From Cyclobacteriaceae bacterium (lineage in GTDB: Bacteria; Bacteroidota; Bacteroidia; Cytophagales; Cyclobacteriaceae): a stretch of DNA of 55,062 bases. The notes beneath the pieces were generated by a model, which ran no database searches, had not been told where the DNA came from, and worked only from the letters and a program-made list of their open reading frames with translations. How positions within the stretch are numbered: position 1 is the first letter of the stretch; every line of letters begins with the position of its first letter. Positions 8,488-16,231 of this stretch are shown one piece after another. The stretch lies in assembly GCA_040882305.1 (NCBI GenBank), contig JBBEBN010000386.1, positions 1 to 55,062 of the forward strand, read 5' to 3'. The position numbers were made by a program, and so were the translations under genes.

Positions 8488-11400
8488 ATGGCCGACAATT
8501 TTATTCCTCCCGCCAAGAGCTTTTTTCAGCTTTTAGCACTTGCCTTTGCTCTTCTGGCAGTAACACCCTTCACCTCCAGTGCGCAGTCGAGAAGAGACAT
8601 CTTACCCGTTTTGGAATGTGTTGAGTACATCGGCAATGGAAAATACCGGGCAAATTTCGGTTATGATAATCTTAATAAGGATGTAGTTACACTCTCAACT
8701 GACAAGAGTTATACAATAGTAGAAAAAGACCGCGCAACGGCGATCAATACCTTCAAAAGCGGCCGGCAATCCGGAGCCTTTTCCAAAGAATTCGAACCGC
8801 GTCAGGTCATTGAATGGACAATTATTCTCCCGAATGGGAAAGTCCAGACCGTTGTGGCAAGCATAAATTCAAAACATTGTACGGGAAGCGAAACAGAAAT
8901 AATCAGACCTGAGCCCTGCTATACATTCGATCCATCGGGAAAAGATATTTCTTTTCTTGGGCCGGAGTTGAATTCTCTTTATCAGCGCTATATTTTAAAT
9001 GATGAGCTTTGTCCGAATAATGTCTATCGCTTTGACAGTCTGTCTCATGAGGTTCTCATCGAGATCATCGCATTTACGGTAGCAGATAAAGAATGGTTGT
9101 TGGCCAATCTGAAAGACCTTTCCGAGCAAATTGATTACGCGCGTGACAGCAGAGTGCTCTCCGGATTTTATCCCATTGCAAAGCTTAAGGAGATTGAAGC
9201 GTATAACAGCCGGATAGCTTTTTTGCGACCGGTCTATCAACCCCTTACTAATACCGGGTTGGTTACTTCCGAAGGCGACAAGGCGACAACGGCCGATAAG
9301 GCAAGAGATGCGTTTCCGGGTATCGATGGATCGGGTATAAAGATTGGCGTTCTCTCCGATAGTTACATGAACAGAAATGATCCCGAGAAAGCTGTTGTCA
9401 CCGGTGACCTGCCCGATACTGTGGATCTTGTTAAAGACTTCCCAAAGAATTTCTTCTCGAGAGGAAGTGATGAAGGTATGGCGATGATGCAAATCGTACA
9501 TGATGTTGCTCCCGGTTCCCCGCTGGCGTTCAGAACTGGTTTTATATCGGTGGGTGACTTCGCTCACGGGATCGCGGAACTGGCAACAGGGAGTTATGGT
9601 AAACCCGCCTCTGATGTTATTGTGGATGACATTACCTATATATCCGAACCTTTTTATAAGGAAGGGCTTGTAGCTCAGGCTGTAAATGATGCTAAAGAAA
9701 ATGGAAAGACCTACTTTACCTCCGCGGGTAATTTTGGGTCCAATGCTTTTGAAGACACCTTCTCTGCCACACCCCTTACGCTGCCTTCCGGAAAGCAGGT
9801 GTACGCGCATAGATTTGCCAACGGAACTCCCTATCAAAAGGTACAACTGGTTCCCACTTTGAATGACTCCACTTATACAATTGTATTACAATGGGATGAG
9901 GACTTTTACTCTCTGGGAACTGCAGGGGCGGTGAATGATTTCGATATCTACGTGGTTGATGTGTCGAATGGCAAGTGGAAAGGCTCCAATAACATCAGTA
10001 TCGGTAAGGATCCCCTTGAAGTTCTCGCGTTCACCATCACGGGAACGGCGGATGCGGAAATAATTATCGTCAATGAAACTGGTAGCCACCCGGTGAGATT
10101 CAAATATGTCGTCTTCCGCGGCGAATTGGATCAGTCCACGAAAGAAGCGGAGAATATTACTGCCGCTACCATCGTGGCGCATGCCAATGCCACTGGCGCA
10201 ATTACAATTGGTGCTGTAAACTATTCCAATACGCCGGCATATAATGGTGCCATCGCGCCGGAAAGCTTCACGTCTCTCGGAGGTGCGATCGGAAGAGAAA
10301 AGCCGGATTTTGCGGGTCCTGACAGGGTTCAGACTGCTGTTACGGGTTTTGAGAGATTTGCTGGAACTTCGGCCGCCGCGCCGCATGCCGCCGCCGTTGG
10401 TGCGTTGGTTCTGCAGGCAGGTGATGTGTACCTCAATCACAGGTTTTCATCCGATTCTTTGTACAGATTGCTGAAGAAAGGAGCCATCCGTGAAACCGCT
10501 GCCTTCGATTATAGGTTGGGCAACGGTTTTCTGCAGGCTTACGGATCGATCCTGTCTTTTGCCATGCCCCGTCCTGTAATAAATGATTGGGAAACGACTC
10601 CCGCGGATGCCATCGTCGGAAAGCAAACTTTTTCTCTTACCCTTTTGGGGGAGAATTTTACGGAAAATTCCAAAGTTTTTTTAGGGTCTGTGGAATTGGT
10701 CATTGAAGGTATAAGTCAAGAACAGTTAATTGTGACGATCGATCCTTTCATCGGAAATCCATATCTGGTGGTTTACAATCCGCCTTCAACTCCCGGGGGA
10801 AACGATGGCGGTTATTCTAACAAGGTCTATCTGATAGAAAGGCAGACTATTACCCTTAGCCTGGGAGATTCTGTTTACCATAAAACCTATGGCGCGCCGC
10901 TGCCGGAGTTTGTCGTGGCGATCAATGGATTGCCCGATGGTGTTTCAGCTGACAGTGTCGGTCTTGGCAATGTTGAATTTATTATAGGGGAAAACACAAA
11001 GGCCGCTGAATTTAACAGCCTTGGTTCAGTTGGCAAATACCAGGTAAGGCCTGATACCTCGTCCATTACGGAGGTGCTTCGAGAACTTTACGATTATCAT
11101 TTTGCGGATACTTCTTTCCTGATGATCGACCCGCTCGAAATCACCATTAGGCCAAAAGACATGACGGTTACATATGGAGAAAGGATTCCGCAGGTTGATT
11201 ATCACTACCTCTACACATCGCCCATCTCCGATCCGGATGCTTTCCTGACCAAACTGGCGTGGGACCACCGTTATAATGACTTTCTGGCGTTGCGGCTGGC
11301 GGATTCAGTGGTTATCAACATCGATGCCTTATCCACCAACAGCAGGGCGCTGGTAAACAGCAGGGCGTTGGTCAACATGTTTATAAGTAGCCACAGTGTG

Positions 11401-12720
11401 ACCAATAGCCGCGCGTTGGTAAACGGATATATGCTTACCGTTAATGATTTTCAACTCGATTCCACCCAGTTAAATGAGGGCTCACAGATCGTCAATAGCC
11501 GCACATTGGTTAACTCCCGCGCTCTTGTAAATTCGCGTGCCCTGGTGAATGACTTCCCCTATCAGTGGCTTGTCAGTAATGACACGGTTGCGCTGGCCAA
11601 TACCATCGACTTTTTTGTATCCAACAGCCGTCCCCTCGTAAACAGCCGCGCCCTCGTGAATGGTGAGGAAATTGACAACAGCGTCATAATTCTGAATGAT
11701 TCTGCCGACATCCTTAGCACCGGAACCGGAATCAGTGATGTTTTTACCGTGAACTTTATCACTGGTTATACTGTAGAAGATTCCGCACATTACATTAGCC
11801 CTGCGGCCCTATTATCGGAAAATTATCGGGTGACTTACGAGCCAGGTTTATTGACTGTGCAACCCGCCGCTTTACTGTTGAAAATAAACAATGCAGTCAT
11901 AGACTTTGGGCAGGAGCCCACCCTCAGCGCCGAGATCACTGGCTTTATCAATACAGGCTCTGTTTATACCGATGCGGACAGCACAGTGATCAGCAAGATC
12001 AGCTACACGCTCGACAGACCCGTTTCAGAACCTGGTATTTATACGATTTCAGCAGTAGTCGAATTCGTTAAATCGCCTGCTAATTACACTGTGTCGGTTG
12101 TTACCGGTATTTTATATGTCAATCCATCCGGTGTTGGTTCGAAGGCCGTAAAGCCCTCACTTGTTTGTGTGGAGGAGTTAATCGGCGATCCGAGTGGATT
12201 TTCATACGTCGCGAACTTCGCCTACCGGAATGATAATGACGCGCCGGTGTACGTACCATACGGAGCAAATAACCAGATCGTGGGCGAACCGGGATCGTTT
12301 ACCGGTGAGTTGCCCGTGTTGTTCAAACCCGGAACAGGCACCTTCAGGGTCTACTTTGGTGGGAACCGGATCTACTGGTCATTAACCACTGTTGAGTCAG
12401 GAAGAAAAACAGCGATTGCTTCCGAGGCAAGCGCAAGTTCTAACCGGTGTCAGAAGTTGGATGCCTACACTTCACCGCTGACTGTTTACCCGAATCCTGC
12501 TGCAAACGTCGTTTTCCTTAAGCTGTCAGATTATAATGGCACTATTATCAGGGTAGAGGCGTACAATGAATCAGAGTTTAGATCGTACCCCTTAACTGCA
12601 GTTTATCAGGCCAGCGATGGTACCTTTGAGGTGGATTTTTCAGGTACACACCCCGGCTTTTACAGGCTGATCGTTACCTACGGAACGTCCACCGTCATCC
12701 AAAAGATCATAAAAGAATAG
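8488..12720 (+). CDS. Secreted S8/S53-like serine peptidase with MBG-type domains and a T9SS type A C-terminal sorting domain
   Basis: Signal peptide after ATG 8488 (ending SSA-Q). Catalytic motifs GIKIGVLSDS, SDEGMAMMQIVHDVAPG, TSAGN, FAGTSAAAPH. MBG-like KTYGAPLP / NYRVTYEPGLLTV. CTD VYPNPA...GFYRLIV...QKIIKE. Confidence 0.88.
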   Translation: MADNFIPPAKSFFQLLALAFALLAVTPFTSSAQSRRDILPVLECVEYIGNGKYRANFGYDNLNKDVVTLSTDKSYTIVEKDRATAINTFKSGRQSGAFSKEFEPRQVIEWTIILPNGKVQTVVASINSKHCTGSETEIIRPEPCYTFDPSGKDISFLGPELNSLYQRYILNDELCPNNVYRFDSLSHEVLIEIIAFTVADKEWLLANLKDLSEQIDYARDSRVLSGFYPIAKLKEIEAYNSRIAFLRPVYQPLTNTGLVTSEGDKATTADKARDAFPGIDGSGIKIGVLSDSYMNRNDPEKAVVTGDLPDTVDLVKDFPKNFFSRGSDEGMAMMQIVHDVAPGSPLAFRTGFISVGDFAHGIAELATGSYGKPASDVIVDDITYISEPFYKEGLVAQAVNDAKENGKTYFTSAGNFGSNAFEDTFSATPLTLPSGKQVYAHRFANGTPYQKVQLVPTLNDSTYTIVLQWDEDFYSLGTAGAVNDFDIYVVDVSNGKWKGSNNISIGKDPLEVLAFTITGTADAEIIIVNETGSHPVRFKYVVFRGELDQSTKEAENITAATIVAHANATGAITIGAVNYSNTPAYNGAIAPESFTSLGGAIGREKPDFAGPDRVQTAVTGFERFAGTSAAAPHAAAVGALVLQAGDVYLNHRFSSDSLYRLLKKGAIRETAAFDYRLGNGFLQAYGSILSFAMPRPVINDWETTPADAIVGKQTFSLTLLGENFTENSKVFLGSVELVIEGISQEQLIVTIDPFIGNPYLVVYNPPSTPGGNDGGYSNKVYLIERQTITLSLGDSVYHKTYGAPLPEFVVAINGLPDGVSADSVGLGNVEFIIGENTKAAEFNSLGSVGKYQVRPDTSSITEVLRELYDYHFADTSFLMIDPLEITIRPKDMTVTYGERIPQVDYHYLYTSPISDPDAFLTKLAWDHRYNDFLALRLADSVVINIDALSTNSRALVNSRALVNMFISSHSVTNSRALVNGYMLTVNDFQLDSTQLNEGSQIVNSRTLVNSRALVNSRALVNDFPYQWLVSNDTVALANTIDFFVSNSRPLVNSRALVNGEEIDNSVIILNDSADILSTGTGISDVFTVNFITGYTVEDSAHYISPAALLSENYRVTYEPGLLTVQPAALLLKINNAVIDFGQEPTLSAEITGFINTGSVYTDADSTVISKISYTLDRPVSEPGIYTISAVVEFVKSPANYTVSVVTGILYVNPSGVGSKAVKPSLVCVEELIGDPSGFSYVANFAYRNDNDAPVYVPYGANNQIVGEPGSFTGELPVLFKPGTGTFRVYFGGNRIYWSLTTVESGRKTAIASEASASSNRCQKLDAYTSPLTVYPNPAANVVFLKLSDYNGTIIRVEAYNESEFRSYPLTAVYQASDGTFEVDFSGTHPGFYRLIVTYGTSTVIQKIIKE
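11338..11661 (+). repeat. Eight copies of the hexapeptide NSR(A/T/P)LV in four clusters inside the peptidase gene
   Basis: Clusters at 11338-11376 (x2), 11404-11424 (x1), 11494-11550 (x3) and 11623-11661 (x2), each closed by an extra Asn. Codons are heavily synonymously diverged. Confidence 0.95.
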
Positions 12721-12740
12721 GCCATGGTAATTGGGTTATT

Positions 12741-12773
12741 AAGAAGGGGAGTCAGCGCTCTCCTTTTTTTATT
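12741..12773 (+). terminator. Probable Rho-independent terminator after the peptidase gene
   Basis: AAGAAGGGGAG-tcagcg-CTCTCCTTTTTTT hairpin (one G-U pair) followed by a T-run. Confidence 0.7.
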
Positions 12774-12836
12774 TTGAAAAAAATTGTAATTTTTAAAAAA
12801 TACCTGATCTGCCCTGAAATATAAAATACCCTGCTT

Positions 12837-14858
12837 ATGCTCCGTTGGTACTTTTTGCTGCTTTTTGCTCTTCTGATCTTTCCACTAAAGGGGCGGGATA
12901 ATCCGGACAGCCTGAAAAATTTGCTGGAAAATCACACAACTGAAGACGCCTATCGTGTTGATCTTTTGCTGGAACTGAATAAAAACTACCTGAATGCATC
13001 CCTGGGGGATTGTCAACAGTACGGACTTGCTGCAAGAGACCTTGCTGAGAAAATAAATTACCAAAAAGGACGCGCCCTGGCCTTCAAGAGCATCGGATTA
13101 TGTTACCACAGACAAGGCGACTTTCCGGAAGCATTGACAAACTGGAATCAATCACTGAGGATCTTCGAGACCATTGGCGATGTTGAGGGCCAATCGAACA
13201 TGTTTAATAATATTGGAGCTGTCTATCATAATGTAGGTGATTTGGTGAAGGCGCTGGATTATTATTTTAAGTCCTTAAAGACTGCTGAAGAATCAGGCAA
13301 TAAACTCAGAATTGCTACTGCGCTATCCAATATTGGTGCCGCTTATTTTGATAACCCCGTTACCATGGATAAAGCTTTGCCTTACTACCTCGAGGCTTTG
13401 CAGTTTAGCGAACAAGACGGAGACCAGGAAGCGATCGGGACAATCAGCGTTAACATAGGCGAGATATATTTCAATCTGAATCAGCTCGATGAGGCGTTGA
13501 CTTATTTTGAAAAATCAAGAGCAGCGTTGGCGGGGGGCAACTTCTATTTTTCTCTGCCTTACACATTAAGCTTTCTTGGAAAAGTGCACGCAAAGAAAGA
13601 AGATTTTCCCAAAGCTATAGAATTTCAAACGCGGGCTTTTCAAATGGCCTCGCTTCATAATTACGAATTTGAAAAAGTCTTTACGTTGGCTAACCTGGCC
13701 GACACTTACCTGGACACCAAAGATTACAAAAAAGCATTAAAAACGTATTTGGAGGCAAAGCAGATAGCAGAGGCCGTGAGTTCCAAAGAAATAAAGCACA
13801 TTCTTGAGGGGCTGGTTTCCACTTATTCGGCGTTGGGCGATTTTAAAAATGCGTTTCAGTTCCAGGCTGCGCTCGCAGAAATTAAAGACAATCTTTACAC
13901 CGAGGATAATGCCAAAACCATCCAGCGCTTTCAGATGGAATTTGAAACGGAGAAGAAGCAGGCACAGATTATCCTATTGACGATAGACAGGGAATTGCAG
14001 GCGGTAAGCCTCGAACAACAGCGCTATAAAATTTATGGACTCACAGCAGGCACATTTTTTCTGTTTGCCGCAATGTTTTTTCTGCTGAAGAACATCCGGT
14101 TGAAAACGCGTGCTAACACGGAGCTTTCTTTGCGCAACAAGGAAATCAGCAGCCAGAAGGAAGAGATATCCGCTCAGCGCGATGATATTGAGCGACAAAA
14201 AGGCGAGATTGAAAGTCTTATCCTGAACATACTTCCTGAAGAAGTTGCCCATGAGTTGAGGAAGACCGGCCTTGCCACGCCTCGTTATTATGAAAATGTA
14301 AGTGTGCTTTTCACTGACTTCAGAGAATTCACCAGTATTGCGGAGGGTTTGTCCGCACAGGACCTGGTTGCTGAATTGAATGAATGTTTCGTGGCCTTTG
14401 ACGACATCATCGAACGGCATGGTCTGGAAAAAATAAAAACAATTGGCGACGCCTATATGTGTGCAGGCGGCATTCCTACGCCATCAAGTGATCACGCGTA
14501 CAACGCCGTTTCGGCAGCCCTTGCAATCCAGGAATATATCGAGGAAAATAACCGTAAGCGACTGGAGCGGGGGTCGCAATTATGGGAACTCCGTATCGGT
14601 ATTCACAGTGGTCCCGTCGTTGCAGGTGTGGTGGGCCGGAAAAAGTTTGCTTATGATATTTGGGGAAATACCGTTAACATCGCCAACCGGCTTGAATCCA
14701 GCGGAGAAGTCGGCAGAGTAAATATTTCATCGGCTACCTACAACCTGATCAAAGGCTCGTTCAAATGCGAATTCCGGGGAAAGATCCTTGCCAAAAACAT
14801 GGGGCAGGTGGACATGTATTTTGTTGACAAGGAATTGGCGGAAGTGCGCCGAGCGTAG
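12837..14858 (+). CDS. Membrane-anchored class III adenylate/guanylate cyclase with extracytoplasmic TPR sensor domain
   Basis: Signal peptide, multiple TPRs, one TM helix (IYGLTAGTFFLFAAMFFLL), coiled coil, then LNILPEEVA, VLFTDFREFT, EKIKTIGDAYM, LRIGIHSGPVVAGVVG, YDIWGNTVNIANRLES. The Lys/Asp specificity pair points to ATP. Confidence 0.93.
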   Translation: MLRWYFLLLFALLIFPLKGRDNPDSLKNLLENHTTEDAYRVDLLLELNKNYLNASLGDCQQYGLAARDLAEKINYQKGRALAFKSIGLCYHRQGDFPEALTNWNQSLRIFETIGDVEGQSNMFNNIGAVYHNVGDLVKALDYYFKSLKTAEESGNKLRIATALSNIGAAYFDNPVTMDKALPYYLEALQFSEQDGDQEAIGTISVNIGEIYFNLNQLDEALTYFEKSRAALAGGNFYFSLPYTLSFLGKVHAKKEDFPKAIEFQTRAFQMASLHNYEFEKVFTLANLADTYLDTKDYKKALKTYLEAKQIAEAVSSKEIKHILEGLVSTYSALGDFKNAFQFQAALAEIKDNLYTEDNAKTIQRFQMEFETEKKQAQIILLTIDRELQAVSLEQQRYKIYGLTAGTFFLFAAMFFLLKNIRLKTRANTELSLRNKEISSQKEEISAQRDDIERQKGEIESLILNILPEEVAHELRKTGLATPRYYENVSVLFTDFREFTSIAEGLSAQDLVAELNECFVAFDDIIERHGLEKIKTIGDAYMCAGGIPTPSSDHAYNAVSAALAIQEYIEENNRKRLERGSQLWELRIGIHSGPVVAGVVGRKKFAYDIWGNTVNIANRLESSGEVGRVNISSATYNLIKGSFKCEFRGKILAKNMGQVDMYFVDKELAEVRRA

Positions 14859-14925
14859 GACTAAGACGTACTGGAGGTAAATGATTCAATTGGTATCGCA
14901 CCTTAAAGGCGGGTAACTAAAGTAA

Positions 14926-16191
14926 ATGACCATGAATGTATCGCGCCGGGATTTCTTCACGAATACGCTTGGTTTAGCCGCCTTGTCTGCTTTGGCTTTT
15001 CCTGCTAAGGCAATTGGGAAGAGCTCTTATTTTGATCCGGAAGACCAGGATAAAGGACTTCCTTTCTGGTCTTTTCCGGAGCTTTCCGCCACAATTAAAG
15101 AGCCTGTTGCCATCCGTTCCGTAGAACTGCTTCATACAATGGGGCAGTTGTTGCTCGTCGTTACATCTAAGGACGGGATCAAGGGCATTACACAGTGCAA
15201 TGATCGTATGCCCAACCTTACCTCGCTGCTGAAGGGATTGGTCATTCGGCATTTTGAGGGCAAGGATGCCCGCGATCTTCCAACACTGGTTGATAATGCA
15301 TACAGGCTCAACAGCAACTACAAATATGCCGGCATGCCGCTTTGGAACTGCATTGGTTCCGTTGAGATCGCCGTGTGGGACCTGTTGGGACGAACGGCGC
15401 AAAAGCCTGTCTTTGAACTTCTTGGAAAACGGATACGCGATGAATACGGTGTGTACATCTCCGATTTTAACCGGGAAGGCGACCCTGAGATGCTCGCGGA
15501 CCAGCTACTTGCGAAGTTGGCTGACACCGGCGCAACGGGCGTCAAAGTTAAAGTCGGAGGTCGGATGGTGAATACTCCGGAAAATTCCGAGCAGACGAAA
15601 CGTTACATCCCCGTACTGCGGAAAAAGTTGGGAGATCAGATCACAATTTATGCTGACGCGAATGGCTCTTACACTCCGGAGGAAGGCGTTGAAGCAGGCC
15701 GCATGCTGGAAGATCATGGAATAGAGATCTTTGAGGAACCCTGCAACTTCGAGGACGAAGATGGTATGAGAAAAGTTAACAACGCGCTCGCGAAATTAGA
15801 ACTGGCAGGAGGGGAACAGGACAGCAGCGTCTTTCGCTTCCGCAGGCTTGCCGAAACCAACGTATACGATATTCTCCAGCCGGACCTCTATTACAATGGA
15901 GGAATTTTGCGAACCTTGCAGGTTTCAGAAATCGCCCGAGTGTATGGGAATAAGAGTGTTGCGCCCCATACCCCCAAAGCGGATCCGCTCATTGCACCTT
16001 TTTGGCAGGTAGCCGCCCTCATCCCAAACCTTTATGGATTGCAGGAATTCGTTTACACGCCGGGTAAGAAGTCTCCATCCTGGCACACAGCCATCACGAC
16101 TAAAAATGGAAGAATGCCGATCCCTTCCTCAAATGGTTTAGGCATTGACTACGACGAGGGTATCTGGAAATCCGCTGTAAAAGTAGGGTGA
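14926..16191 (+). CDS. Mandelate racemase/muconate lactonizing enzyme (enolase superfamily) protein with Tat signal
   Basis: SRRDFF twin-arginine motif; VEIAVWDLLG, KVKVG, YADANG, FEEP, AGGEQ, LQPDL, GLGIDYD. Confidence 0.9.
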   Translation: MTMNVSRRDFFTNTLGLAALSALAFPAKAIGKSSYFDPEDQDKGLPFWSFPELSATIKEPVAIRSVELLHTMGQLLLVVTSKDGIKGITQCNDRMPNLTSLLKGLVIRHFEGKDARDLPTLVDNAYRLNSNYKYAGMPLWNCIGSVEIAVWDLLGRTAQKPVFELLGKRIRDEYGVYISDFNREGDPEMLADQLLAKLADTGATGVKVKVGGRMVNTPENSEQTKRYIPVLRKKLGDQITIYADANGSYTPEEGVEAGRMLEDHGIEIFEEPCNFEDEDGMRKVNNALAKLELAGGEQDSSVFRFRRLAETNVYDILQPDLYYNGGILRTLQVSEIARVYGNKSVAPHTPKADPLIAPFWQVAALIPNLYGLQEFVYTPGKKSPSWHTAITTKNGRMPIPSSNGLGIDYDEGIWKSAVKVG

Positions 16192-16231
16192 CCGCTGAGG
16201 CCTTCCATGATGAAGATCTTAGGAAAATACC

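Noticed and set aside
8995-10440. Long antisense ORFs (283 and 184 aa) inside the protease gene
   Set aside because: No recognisable motifs; typical antisense open frames opposite a well-supported gene.
11338-11661. 18-bp periodic DNA as a possible mini-CRISPR, DGR template or VNTR
   Set aside because: In-frame coding, conserved at protein rather than DNA level, with no spacers, cas genes or reverse transcriptase nearby.
4385-14858. Interpreting the cyclase/HD/CNBD cluster as a Pycsar or CBASS defence system
   Set aside because: The cyclase has a signal peptide, TPR ectodomain and adenine-type specificity residues, unlike PycC or CD-NTases; no TIR or 2TM/4TM effector is visible.
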